A stretch of DNA of 63,842 nt, filler included, from Platydemus manokwari (Eukaryota): assembly GCA_037951405.1 (NCBI GenBank). It is 5 parts of 5 records of this genome, joined end to end, with 100 filler letters (N's around TTAATTAATTAA, not from the genome) between each part and the next. Parts side by side here need not be neighbours in the genome. Positions count along the whole stretch, not along the records: positions 22,725 to 42,278 come from JBBMOY011855832.1; positions 42,379 to 54,718 come from JBBMOY010181118.1; 3 more parts are not named here. One strand, 5' to 3'. Positions 32,250 to 45,400 of this stretch are shown one piece after another. The notes below the pieces were generated by a model. That model was not told the DNA's origin, ran no database searches, and worked only from the letters and a program-made list of their open reading frames with translations. Position numbers and translations under genes: made by a program. Position 1 is the first letter of the stretch, and every line of letters starts with the position of its first letter.

Positions 32250-35200
32250 AACAAATTCAAATTTTTTTAAAGAATATAATAAACTATATACATTTTTCAA
32301 TACACTCAGCAAATTTAAAAATATTTTGGGACTCCATGGCTTAAGTTAAGGAAATAAACCTTTTGATCTACTTTCGTTAAAACTAATTTTTGCACTCGAA
32401 ATAATTTCATAATTAATTTTATATATGATAGCGATGTTTGATTTATTCGTATAATTCAGTTAATAACTCACGTTTTAAGATGCTTAATAGAGACCAGCAC
32501 TAATTTTAAAACCAAGTTCCTATTAGAATCACAGCATCTATATATTATGTGAGTTACTTATTATAACTAGTTAATTAACTACAGACATTTCCTAGTACCA
32601 TTGCTAATTTTTATAAAATAATTGAAAGTAACTCAATTTGCTTCAATAAACCGCAATTCAACATACTTTAATCATTTTTCAAATAATAAAATTTTAGAAG
32701 ATTCTGTAGCATTAGCATATTTAACACATGATTTCAAATTACTTAAGTTCATCGTAACTACTTAAATTAAAAATTCGAAATGTTTTAAAGAAATATAACT
32801 AAATAAATTATATAGATTTTTGAAACACATTCAACATATTTAAAATTTTATTTTAGGATCTCGTTTGCTAACTTAAAAAATGATATCGAAAGCAAGTTTT
32901 TTTTTCTGAATGTCATTAAATGTCAATTTGAATATTAATCAATAGTACCGTAATATATTATTTTACCCACCTTAAAATTTTTTCTAAAAAGTTATCTTAG
33001 TAAAAATAAATTTACAGGAAACCTCTTTAAGCTAATATTTCATTCCAAGATTTTCTGAGAATACTAATATATATATTCTCAATTTTAGAATGAATAAAAT
33101 TTTAAATTAGGTAAATAATTTAATTGATAAATTTGTTTAAGAGATTCTCACTTATTTTTCATTTTTTATGTTTATTGTCTCATTTTTACTAAATATGCTT
33201 AATCTATTTAATTCATAAGATTTCCAATATTTTTATTAACACGGTAAAGCAGGTTATATTTGAAATTTTTTTTTTATCTTCTTGTTTAATTAAATCTCGT
33301 AAAGTAAATATGAAATTAAAAACAATTTGAACTTAATTCACAACGAAGTAAAATTTTACAGCTCTATTTTCATCAAAAGGCTTCTCCAATATTAATGTCG
33401 TTAGTTATTATAATTCTTTTAATTTTAAATTAACTATTTTTATTATTATTGTGGCAAAATAAAGTAAAGTAAAAATTAAGAGGAGAAAATTTTAAACTAT
33501 AAATTAAAATTATTTAAAGCGTGTATACACTTTATGTTGTTAGTTAACAAAAATTTAGATTAATTAATAAAAGAATAATCAAAAACTGCAAATGAAAAAA
33601 TTTGAAAAATGAAGAAATTTTAGTGGTATTATTAGTTTGTGGTGATCATTTATGTAACTTTCGAAAAATATAATTAAAACTATAAATTAATTTTTACTAT
33701 CTTTTTTCTTATCTCAAAATAAGGAAACAAATGTTTATTTTTTAAACATGAATTTTTGAAGAAACCAGGTAAAAACCTGATTTATAATGGATTCTTTCTG
33801 TTAATTCGATCATTTATCATACACGATTCTCCTTCTTCACTCTGTTTGTTAACATCCTATCAAATGTTTTGGTCTCAGATTTATCTTCTAAGCTATCGAC
33901 TGGTTCCGGATCAAATGTGGTCGAAATTATTTTTTCTGAGTTCATTTTGCCTTTGTGAAATTGCCATTGAAGATAAGAGACATTGATTTTCGATTTGATA
34001 CAGATCTTAGCTATCTTGTTGATGGTCTTTTTTCTAGTCAGATTTTTTCCAATATCCAGTTATTAGGTTTGACCTATGTACCAAGCACTTCCACTACTAA
34101 GATGTGGAGATTGACTGTACAGACCGGTTTAGCTTTTTTAAAATCGCTTTTCGTAGAGTAGAATATTGTTTGATGTTCTTTTTATCAGTCTCCACAATGA
34201 GATTTGGTTGATCCATATTGTATTTTACATCTATCTTAAGGTTCCGGTGTGGATTTTCCAAGTACAGCGGTGATTGTGAGGAGTTGATGTTAGGAAAGCA
34301 AAATTCAATTATAATATGCACCTTAATGATAAATGAAAGTTGACGTGAATGAAATGGCTTTGTATTGATATCCATCAATGAGTGAACTATTGAATGGTGG
34401 ATACGAAATTATGGAAATAATTAGAATACCTGTCTTTCGTCGTATGTTCGATCTGGTAACTTGCACAATCCCTACAGTAATTAAAAATAAAAAAATATGA
34501 ATAATTTCTTAAAATAAAATATCATTAGTTTTTAATATATTAATTACAGATAATTTTAAAATTGCTCCTATAGTTTAAATTTTATATTTTTTTAATTGGT
34601 ATATTGTATTAAAATTTATATAAATGATTTTTTTGGTTTGCAATATTTTTTAATTCATTCTGAACGGTTTATTTTGTACTTAGTTCTCATATCATATCAA
34701 TTTAAATTAACAGAATATATGATCTATTAAGCAACCAATAACAGTGAAAATTTAAATTCTGCCTGACAAACTTCACACATAGAATATAGCCGAAACAAAA
34801 CACTTCACGTTAATTGTTATATCTTTAGGTGTAGCTGAAATTGAAATTACACAATAAAAGCTTTGAAATTTTTTTAATCTGCTTTCCGCAGGAAATGATA
34901 AATCAATATTGTGTTTTTTATATATAAAATTAAAAATATATTGTAGTGTTACATCTGAATTAATCAATTACTGCTTTCACAGTTAGGCAATCATATGTTT
35001 TGAATGCTACTCATGCTACTTTCCGAGATCAGCAATATCATAAAATATCACAGTATACAAATGATAGGAGAAAATAGCCGCTGACTAAACAAAATCCCCT
35101 AAAAATCATCAAACAACTATTGTGTTACTAAAATTACTCCCAATGACAAATAATAAAATTACTAGATAAAAGATAAATTCTTTTTCTATCTAATTTAGAA

Positions 35201-36308
35201 TTTTAATGTAATTTTTTTTGGAATTAGGCGTTATGTTGATATACTATATTCTGTATTGTCTTTCATTAATTTCTTTGAATTTAACATAGTTCAACGTTTA
35301 AGTAAGTCACATAAATTAGTCTGAAGGAACAGTATTTTATCTGTAATCTTAAATGAAAAACGGAGCTAATATAATAAACCTTTTTAATATTTTAAAATCA
35401 CTGAATATATACTACACTGTATACATACAACACAAATAGGGAATTACTTACAACAGGTTAACGGTGTGTGTGATTGCTGAGAATGTAAACAGCACCAAGG
35501 ACAAAAAGTGATTGTGTGCAGTTAATAAAATAAATTTGGAAGTCTTTTGAAAGTAATTATATACATATCTCATTGTTACCTGTTTCAAAATCAGTCATTC
35601 AATCCAGTGTGCACTTTTGCAATTTCATTTGCAGGTAAATTTAATTTAGTTTTTTAATTAAAAAATATAAATATCATGCATTTCATTTTATATAAAAATT
35701 AGTGGAATAAACGCAAACACAATTCATTAAGCACAATCACAGGTTAAAAAATTCATAACTTTACTTAAACCAATCTACCAATTTTACATATCTGTGCAAC
35801 AATATAAAAACATGATAAAGTTAAAAAAAGGGGTCCTAAAATAAAATTTTAAATTTGTTGAGTGTATTGGAAAAATCTATATAGATTATTTAATTAAGTT
35901 CTTTAATAACGTTTTGAAATTTTTATTTTAGTACTTGAGTAAAATTTTAGTTTTTTAGAATCAAATAATACATGCATAGGATTTTTAAAATCTCTTAAAA
36001 ATTAATTATTCGAAAAGTGGGTCAAAGTAGGTCAAAATGAAATTAATTAAAAATTAGCGAGGACCCCTTCTTTTAACATTAGAAGCAATTGGAATGATAC
36101 CTTAATTTTTTAGAGTTATTTTATAAAAAAGTGACTTCGAAATTATTGAGAATTGCCAGGAATAAGGTACTTGGTTATAAATCTAAAATTAATTTTTATG
36201 TAAAAATTTCATTAAAATATTAATACAAATAAATTTTAATATCAAAAAACTCACAAAAAGTCATTACTTTAAATTTGGGTCAAATAACCCTTTTTCTTAA
36301 CTTAAGCC
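32250..36308. repeat. Modular repeat family in direct and inverted orientation (foldback/Mutator-like relic)
   Basis: A ~100-bp module occurs at ~32255-32335 and ~32770-32870 (direct) and at ~35825-35925 (inverted). GGCTTAAGTTAAG at 32338 has its perfect reverse complement ending at 36308. No convincing TSD. Confidence 0.5.
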
Positions 36309-37344
36309 GTCCTTTCAGTTTCCTTTTGACCCTACCTATATAGACAAGCATACATTTAACACTCGTTCACCAATACCGTGCTGATACGTATAGTTTTGAA
36401 AATTACTAAGGCTGAATACACAAATTTATAATTTTAAAATGTAGTTCGTACAAATTTAATCATATCGTAAACTGGCAACAATCAAATAGGAATCAGAGTT
36501 TCAGAAAGTCAAATCCAATTAAAATCAAATTTTTAAATGAAACCAATGTTATAATCTTCATCTATCTCCACTCGTTTGTCGAGTTCCCAATATCTTGATG
36601 AGCTCATTGTTTTTTCGAGATCGTTGGATCAATGTTTATTTTCTCGTTTCGGATCTTTTTTCGTACTTGTTCCTTCGATAGATAATACCGTCGTCGTCTG
36701 GCTTTATTTTTTCTTGGGTGCTTGAGGTGCCTTTTCAACAAAATGAAGAAGTGATAAAATTTGTACGAAACATAAAACAAGAAATTATGAATTATAAATA
36801 CATAGGTATTTATAAGAATTTGAAAATTCACAAGTTCACGAAGCCGACAATTTTAAATGTGGAAGTTTCAAACACAAATAGATAAATATAATATATAAAT
36901 ATAGAGTTATTAAGAATCTTATTAATGAAGACAATGTGAACTTTCGGTTGATTAAAAAACAAAGAGAGACCAAAGAAATAATTAATGTCGATATAAAAAT
37001 TAGGAATTTAAAATCTAGAAGATAATGCATTAATCAAATAAAAAATATGGAAAACAACGTCAAAATTCAATAAACACAGCATTTAGAACAAAAGAAACAA
37101 TTTTGAAAATATTTAAATATCCGAACATAATAAAATAGATAAAACCAACTTCAAAAGAAAGGACTCAATCATAAAAGTAGGTCCCAGCATTATGTATTAA
37201 ATTATTAAACCATTTTTTTATTTCCAACAGCAGTTAAATGCTCCCACATAATATTTTTCAAAGTTTTTATAAATCTTTCAGCCAATATCGCCTTTAGCTA
37301 ATTTTTAGTATCGGAGAAAAAATTATCTTCACAAAAATTAAATT

Positions 37345-37603
37345 TTTTTTACTTCCTGTTAGTAGTAGCTATCTCATCTAAATTTTGAAATTTAGTAGTA
37401 AAAGTCAATCAGAAATTTTACGCAATATTTATTATTAAAAAAAATTACACATTTTTTAAAAAATAAAATATTCTTAAGAGAGCTCGAATTGTTTAAATTT
37501 TTTTAATTTTTTGAATAATAAATATTTTGTAAAACTTTTAAGACTTGTTCCAACGAATTTTGAAATTCAAATGCGATAGCTACCACTAACAAGAAGTAAA
37601 AAT
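37345..37603. repeat. Palindromic MITE-like element with ~60-bp arms
   Basis: TTTTACTTCCTGTTAGTAGTAGCTATCTCATCTAAATTTTGAAATTT is an imperfect reverse complement of GAATTTTGAAATTCAAATGCGATAGCTACCACTAACAAGAAGTAAAA. Confidence 0.75.
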
Positions 37604-40358
37604 TTTTAAAAATTTCTAAAGATATATTTATATTAAATTTTCAAATAATTCACAAAAAGTTAATTTTATAAAAATTCAAATCTTTTTTAGAATAATTCAT
37701 TTTAAAATTATTTAAAAGTGCCAGGTGCTGCATCAATCGAAAACCGTGACCTTTTGAAGCAATAATGTCCAATTCTTGTTGAAAATATTATCTTTTCTTG
37801 GGATTCTTCTTCTAACTCTATTTGGTAGTACCATTTATATAAGCCAATAGATGTAAAGTATTTCGAATCATATAAAGCATATTAGCATCTCTTCTACATT
37901 CGGCATTGGAAATATGTGTCGTTCGGTTTTTATGTGTAAATGCAATTGTGTATATGAAATTGTGATTTCACTAATTTTGTACACCCTATATCCCAGTATC
38001 TGATATGAATATATTATTGTTATTACTAATGATCTCATAAAATTGAGAACTTCCCCTTGGTGTCAGATACTCTTTGGTTTTCTTAAATTTATATTAATCA
38101 GTGGCATCCCTAACGAGTTTAGCATTTATCTCACAAACAAAATTGTATCTGTCTTTTTCTTCTTCCATTTCTTGATTTTAAAAAGTCTTGTTCCAGTATA
38201 GCTTTATTCCAAATCTTTGAAATTTTTAATTCTTCGAGTGTTAACGTGGTTTTTTCCTTGCTTCCTCCTGCATAATTGCATGCATTATTTTTAGTTACAT
38301 ACTTAATAATATTCTATTGCATTCTGTTAGGTATTTATATAAGCCAAACACTCATACCCGGATATTATAATCTTGTACAAACCTTAGTTAATCATCATTC
38401 AATGTAATCCTGTGCTTTGACTATAGTGAAGACCAACAATTCAATAAATGCGCACATGTCTTCAATTTGATTAACAATTTTGATTTTCATCACTGAACTC
38501 TTTATCAACAATTAATATCTCTTGTCTATCAATCAACATTCTTATTATTCTATGGTGTTGATTGATGACTTTGATTATTTTGTATTTTGGACTCTACTTT
38601 TTTCTTCTTTTTCTCATTATTTCCTTATGCATATGCTCTTGTTCTTCAATTTCACTTTTTGTTTCCTATATTTGTCTTACAATGGCTTTGTTTTTTCTTT
38701 CACATTGTTCTTTTCTCAGTTTACACGATGATATTAAATGTGCAGGTCTTTTACAGTATTATCATTGTAAATCCCTGTATCCTATTGTCATTGCTTGATC
38801 AATTTTCTATTAATTGATTCTTATTCTTGTCATATGGCACTAACCTTTTTTACTTAAACTATTTTTATCTTCTTCAACATGTCCATGTCTTTGGCTGTTA
38901 CAGTTTATATATGGCTCTTACCTTATATTATTTGCCGATTTTGTAAATTATATTCTTTTCGTTCACATGGACTTCTACTTCTATCTCTTATTGTAATTAT
39001 TAAAATTATTATTTCTATTCGGGTAAATCCTATACTGATACTGTTGATTATTTCTACTATTGATTTTATTTTTATTTTTCTGATTCCAGTTATTATTGGT
39101 TATATTCCTCATTCCTATCTTTATCATCACAATTGTTATCGTAGTTTAGTCTATTTCTATCGTGATTTCAATTTTTGTAACTTCGACTTTGTTGATTATT
39201 ATTATTATTATAACCATCGTATTTCTTTTGAAATTTTATAATATACTAAATTTCTCATTCCTATTTACTGATGTGATATTTATTGATGAAGAAAGATTTT
39301 TGTTTTATTAACCTTAAAATCAACCGCGTTAATTAATGGATTTTCTATTGGTACGCTATATCCTATATCTTGATTTCCTGAATAATTTACTCTACAGGCT
39401 GTTTCTATTCTTTCTGCCTTCTGTATTTATTCGTTTAAGTTTTTATACTCATCCAACTCTATTGGACGTTTTAATGCATTTACGATTCGCCTTTTAAACT
39501 GATCCATCACTATTTGATCTTTTCCCTCAGGTGTCACATATTTGAGATAATAAACCTTTGCAGCTAAACGCTTTAAAACCATAGCGAATTATCCTACATT
39601 TCCCCATGATAATTGATATCTATCCTAGAACTGCTTTAAATAATACTCATGGACTTCTTATGTTGAATTTTAAATCTTGATAAATTTGTAAAGTATAATG
39701 ATAGACGTTGACTCTTCTCTGCTCGGTACAGCCATGTGTATTCATTAGACTATCAAACTCAAATAAGAAATCATCGAAATTTTCTTGCTTTTCATCATAC
39801 AGGTTTATGGGTAAATTTATATGTTCTTATTATATTGGAAATTCATTCTTAACATTGGTACCATCTCACCTATATCGATAAAACTTTTCCTTTAAATAGT
39901 TTATATTTTTTAAAATTTAACTCGCTCAATTTATTTGTTTATGATGTTCTTAAATTCAACTTTCGATTTTCAACTTTCACTTAACTTTTATGTACTATCA
40001 ATTTTCAATTTGAACTTCTAATTTCATAGTCAAGCTTTAAACTAGTTTTAAAATTTCAAAATTTCATTTCGAATTAACTTTCGATTTCATTTATTTTACT
40101 ATTCCTATTTAATTCACTTTTCCGTCAGCTTTTCAAATATTTGGGTATTTTCAATGTTTTTTTTATTACTTTTTAATTCTATTATTTCAGGTCAATTTTG
40201 CTCTTATCAAGGCTTCCAGAGATTTAATTGGTGTTTTATAAAGCAAATTTTTCTTATTGGTCTTTATTTGTTCAATTATTGCTTTTTTAACTGTGAATTA
40301 TTTGATTAATGCTTTTGTTTATAATATTAAGCTTTTAACGTACTTTAAAATGATTTAT

Positions 40359-40376
40359 ATCCTTACTCGGGCACCA
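40359..40376 (-). other. Primer-binding site TGGTGCCCGAGTAAGGAT
   Basis: The plus strand reads ATCCTTACTCGGGCACCA, like a tRNA 3' end with CCA, and lies between the LTR and gag. Confidence 0.7.
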
Positions 40377-40378
40377 AA

Positions 40379-41254
40379 TTTTACGTCTGGACCTTATTGA
40401 TTTTATTGTTTTATTAAGCTTAATCCTATTTTATACCACTATTGTCTCAATCAGTCTCCATGAGTTCTTGAAGACCACAGGTGTAATCTACCTTATGTTG
40501 TTGTTACTTCAACTCATACAACCTTATTTTGTGAAGACAATAGGTGAAGCAATAGTGATAAATTTTAATTAACTTAACCATCAATCTCAAATTATATATA
40601 CATATTTAAACAATTGACAATGCCAATATCAATAATAGTGAACAATAATTTTATGATATCTATGTGAATAATAACTAAAACTTGCTAATACAGATATTTA
40701 TTAATAATGGACACCAATACAAAATTAATTAACAATTATAAAATAAAAATTAAAAAATGATTTTAAAACAATACTATACATCAACTTACAACATATCTTA
40801 ACAACCAATTACTTTTCAAGATGCTTGAGTGAAAACTCCTTAATAAGAGATAAACGATGAAATATATAATATGAAAAAGTATTTTTCATGAATGGATATT
40901 TTTGTGGATTCTTCCAGTAAAATATTGAACCTTTAAGAAATTCCGTTCTTTTGTAGTGAATGCTCTTCTATTGTGCGCGGATTGAATCGCAAAATAATGT
41001 CTTCTCAAGAATATGACAATTGATTTGGTGCATAACTGTGTCTTAGGAAATGTGAAATTGTCGTCGTGTTAATTGTGTCTGCCCGCTTATATAGGCAGTG
41101 GTGAATCACTTGCAGAAATTCTCTCCTATTGAATTTATTGTACAGAGAAATATTCTCTCTGATTAAATTTAATCGAGTGATTATTTTATTCAATCTTAGA
41201 ATTTATGTGCGGAATAATAGGTGGTAATTTATTTATCGATGTTATTGCGTGACA
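40379..41254 (-). repeat. Putative 5' LTR (~876 bp)
   Basis: Termini TTTTACG (probably a mutated TGTTACG) and CGTGACA. It abuts the PBS and has an internal TATATAA on the minus strand at ~41088-41094. There is no second LTR to confirm it. Confidence 0.55.
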
Positions 41255-42278
41255 ACATATTGCGTATTGTTATTTTATAAATTAATTTATTATTGCTGAC
41301 AAAATAAAAAGTAAGGCCCTGAGATAGCAAGTGAAAACTTCGATAAATCTGTAATGAAGTTGCATCTCACGAGCATCTCTTAGTAGGTAAAATGTATTTT
41401 GTGTGACTCCTACGTGATTTCCTGATAACTAGCCTTTAAGGTTGTTACCTTTATCACTGTTTATCTTTCGAGTGCTGATTCTGTGTAGCTTTGATTATTC
41501 ATTGATTATTGACAAAGAGATTTTGGTTTTACGATTTGGTTTTTGTAGATTATTGTAACTTTATTTACAGTTTTCGCATTTAAGGTCAGTTAATATCGTA
41601 AAAATTAAAATCATTGAAAAGATTTTGGAACGCGCAAACAAACAGGAAATTATATACAATATGATGCAGAGTGAAAACATTAAAGACTTGACTTTATGCA
41701 AGAACTCCCAAGTCTTATTTTAAATAAGTTTTCGTTTATGTACTTCACCTTTTATTTCTGGCTCGACTTATGATCTATCAATAGTTTGCTTCTATAAGAC
41801 TAATCTAAAAATTAATTTTGACGCTTCTCTCAAATTATTGATTTCATGTAAAGAAAACTCTAGTAATGTGGATTGATTTTTATCTAATCTGTTAGCCTAG
41901 ATTTAATAGATTCTTGAAATTACATATATAATTAAAAAATAATTCTAAAAATATAATATGACTAGTGTAAATACCTTCACATGTAAGGCATAAATAATCA
42001 AATAATATAATAAAGATTAATAAATCATTTATTGTGTTAAATCGAAATACTGGCATTGTAAAATTATCAAAATATTATATCCTTTAATACTAAGGATATC
42101 CTTATATTTAAATGTATTATTCAATGCAACAACAACTTCACAAAATATTTTAAATAATAGTGAAATCATTGTATATACATTAATCGATCTCAAAACTTTT
42201 ACATTTGAAAAATCTTTACACCGTCTATTAAAATTAAAATAATGATATAATATTTACTAGAAGTCAATATTTTAGAAA

Positions 42279-42378
42279 NNNNNNNNNNNNNNNNNNNNNN
42301 NNNNNNNNNNNNNNNNNNNNNNTTAATTAATTAANNNNNNNNNNNNNNNNNNNNNNNNNNNNNNNNNNNNNNNNNNNN
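42279..42378. other. Artificial scaffold spacer
   Basis: 44 N + TTAATTAATTAA + 44 N. Confidence 0.98.
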
Positions 42379-42494
42379 ACCAATTGCACATAGTTAAAAA
42401 ATTTACAAATATTGATATTAATATATAACGATAATAATCAAATCAAAGTAAAAAACGGTTATTTACAAAATGATCAATATCAGTCAATGTTGCA

Positions 42495-45400
42495 TTAATG
42501 GTGATATTTTAAATGTTTAATGAAACAATATAATTGATAATGCTTAAAATTACATTTTGGGCAACTAAATCTAGCCAAATCTGATGAAGAGTAATGAAAA
42601 TTTTTGTGAAAATCTAATTTTTCCTCTACATTAGTAACAAAATTACACATATCACACTTGAGGCTGTTAGGTAATTCGCTAACTCGATCGTTAAATCCAC
42701 TTACTTCAGACAAGACATGCATTAATCTAAATATTAAAGTTCATATAAAAATGTATTGATTTTTTTCCAAATATATTTTAATCATAAAAGACTGTTATAT
42801 ATTTACATTTAAATCTATTAAACGTTTTTAAATAAAATTGAAAATTTGATTTTTATGAGATAATTTTAAGTTAAAAAAAATAAAATTCTCACTCATGATT
42901 TTTCAATTCTTTGTCTGACCTTGTACTAAAAATGCATAACGAGCATTTAAAGTCAAAATTATCATTATTGTTGTTCATGTGTTTCATTAAATGCATTTTC
43001 AATTGGTTTTCTTCGCTAGTCAAATATCCGCATTCGTCACACCAGTATTGATTAGATTTCAAATCAATATTTTTGTATATCGATAAAGTATTATCATTGA
43101 ATACCAGATTAGTCTTCTTTTTTGAATGAGAACTTACATTCTTTCGAAGTTTATCTTGGTGAGTTTTTTGATAATGAAGGCGCAAATGAAATTTATGTGT
43201 ACTTCTAAAGGAGCATTTGTAACATCGATGTTTATAAAACTGACATTTGAATGTTTTATTTTGACTATTAACTGAATTGTCACTTTTATTCAATATGTGT
43301 GAAAATTTTGTTATATTTTTTGGGCAACTTAAATCTTCAGGTTCTTCATTCGGGTAATTTATCATCTTTATTTGATCAGATCCTAAATGCCCAGACAAAT
43401 GATTAATCAAAAATTTGTTATGACTAGCTTTGTAGCTGCAATGGGTACACCTGAAAAGATAATGGCAAATATCTGAATGTTGAAATTGATGTATTTGAGC
43501 TGCATCTGTATTTGTAGTAAAATAAGGACAGTGAGAACAGGAATATTTCATCATCAAACCAGTGCTATCTTCATCGGATGATTTAGGTTTTAAGATCAAA
43601 TACATCTCTTCGTCCGATGTTGCATGGTTTATCGCAGTGTGTTGAAATAACTCTTGATAGGAAGGGAACACTTCTCCACATTTTAAACACACTGTGGAAT
43701 TCGTTGTATTTTCTTGTGGATAAGGCTTTTCAAATTTATCAACTAAAGTTGGTTGTACTTTAACCTTACTAAGATTTTGATCCATAACTCCGTATATTGA
43801 AGTAATTTTATGTTTAGCTTTGACGTGACGCAATAATGAATTGCGATAGTCAGTTCCGTATTGGCAGAGTTTGCAGTTGAAAGGTCGTTCTGGATGATGG
43901 TTTTTGGTAATATGATGAGAGACCTGTATCTTTTCTCGATGACTAAATTGGCATAAATTACACTGCCAAAGTTTTCTCTGTTGACTATTTATCTGTTCAT
44001 TTACTCCGTTTGATATTTGTGAACTTTGTTCGTTTTCGTTATCAATATTTTCGGTTTGCTTTAGATTTTCACCCTGTTGTTCATCATTATTAGTATAATC
44101 AAGTAAAACTATGTCTGACAAAAATACTACAGATGCCAAATTGTCATGTTTTCTACGGATGTGCCGAGAAATATCACTTCGATAATTGCTACGATAACCA
44201 CAACCATCACATTTTAGCCTTTTCAACCTCAATGTGTCAATTCGTGGATTTTGGGATTGGAGTGTTGAAGCTGTTGGTGATGTGATTTGAGAAATTGTCG
44301 ATGTGTTTTCGCTTTTTTCTTTTTCAGAACTATTGTCAATTGATGAGTTATTTTCATTTGGGCTATTAATGCCAGATTTGACATCCAAAAGCGTACTACA
44401 TGTTAACGTATTAGTTACTGATGAACTCATATTTCCACCAATTGAACCTAACCCAGCAGTTCGTCTGCGGCGTTTATATTGGCAAATGGTACTTTTAGCT
44501 TCTTCCATTGTAAGAGTTATAACTTCTGCTTGTCGCTGATGTACTTGTTTGATATGTTTATTAACATCCCATTTCCAGTTACTCCTAAATATAGAATATC
44601 AAACGAAACGGTATTCATTTGATTTTTACCTATGCCCACAAGAAGAACATTTATATGGCCGATAATATCCTTCTTCTGATTCAAATGAATTATGAGATCT
44701 AGCTTTGTTAGCTTTTGTAGAATTTAGGTAGCTTTGCAAAGTTGCCTTGGCATCTTCATAGCTGAGCTCTAAAGTTGTTATGCCATCTCTTTCAGGATGA
44801 GCAACCTTAAAATTAATAATGAATGTTATATTAGAAATCGATAAATTTTCAATGGATTTAAAAATTATATACTCTTTATTAATATTTTATACATTTTATT
44901 TTCATTCAACAAAACTATAAATACAATGAATTCGTTATTTTAATTCGTGTGATATGAAATAACAATACATTTTAAAGGGTACCAACAAAACTTTTCAAGA
45001 CGTCAAAAAAAAAGTATATCAAAATTATGAAATAAAGTTTCTAAGTTTTGTTATCCCATTAGTCTTTCCTCAGAAGTTATTTTAATCCTTCAATGTGTGC
45101 TTAAATATAAAATTTCTTTAAATATGATAAAATGTTAAGAACGTTCATTTAAATTTAAATAATTTATTACAAATCAAAGCAATACTCGAAGTATTTCATT
45201 AATATTGACGAGACTTTTTTAATCACCATTAACATTGTGAGACAATAATAAAATTATAACATATTTATAATCATTAATTTAATTATTTTTATATCATTTC
45301 AATTAGATTTACAGGAATTAATTAAAATAACTAATTAACTAATTATTCATCAATGTTATTCATGGAATAAATGTCTATTATTTATACAAATTGACATGCA

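Larger units (their letters stand above)
37710..41254 (-). mobile_element. Decayed Ty3/Gypsy element: 5' LTR, PBS, gag, CCHC and N-terminal RT; 3' part missing
   Basis: The gag-like segment reads YLKQF*DRYQL..V.*FAMVLKRLAAK (~39550-39650). The knuckle reads YCKRPAHLISSC (~38722-38760). The RT reads HIFPMPNVEE..SKYFTSI..YYQIELEEESQEK..GHYCFKR..AAPGTF (37711-37930). Confidence 0.85.

Noticed and set aside
36560-37190. Possible second LTR-element leader or gag start with PBS-like GCTGGGACC
   Set aside because: No TGG start, LTR boundary or diagnostic gag motif.
38522-39241. Hydrophobic plus-strand ORFs resembling membrane proteins
   Set aside because: Antisense of the A-rich decayed gag region.
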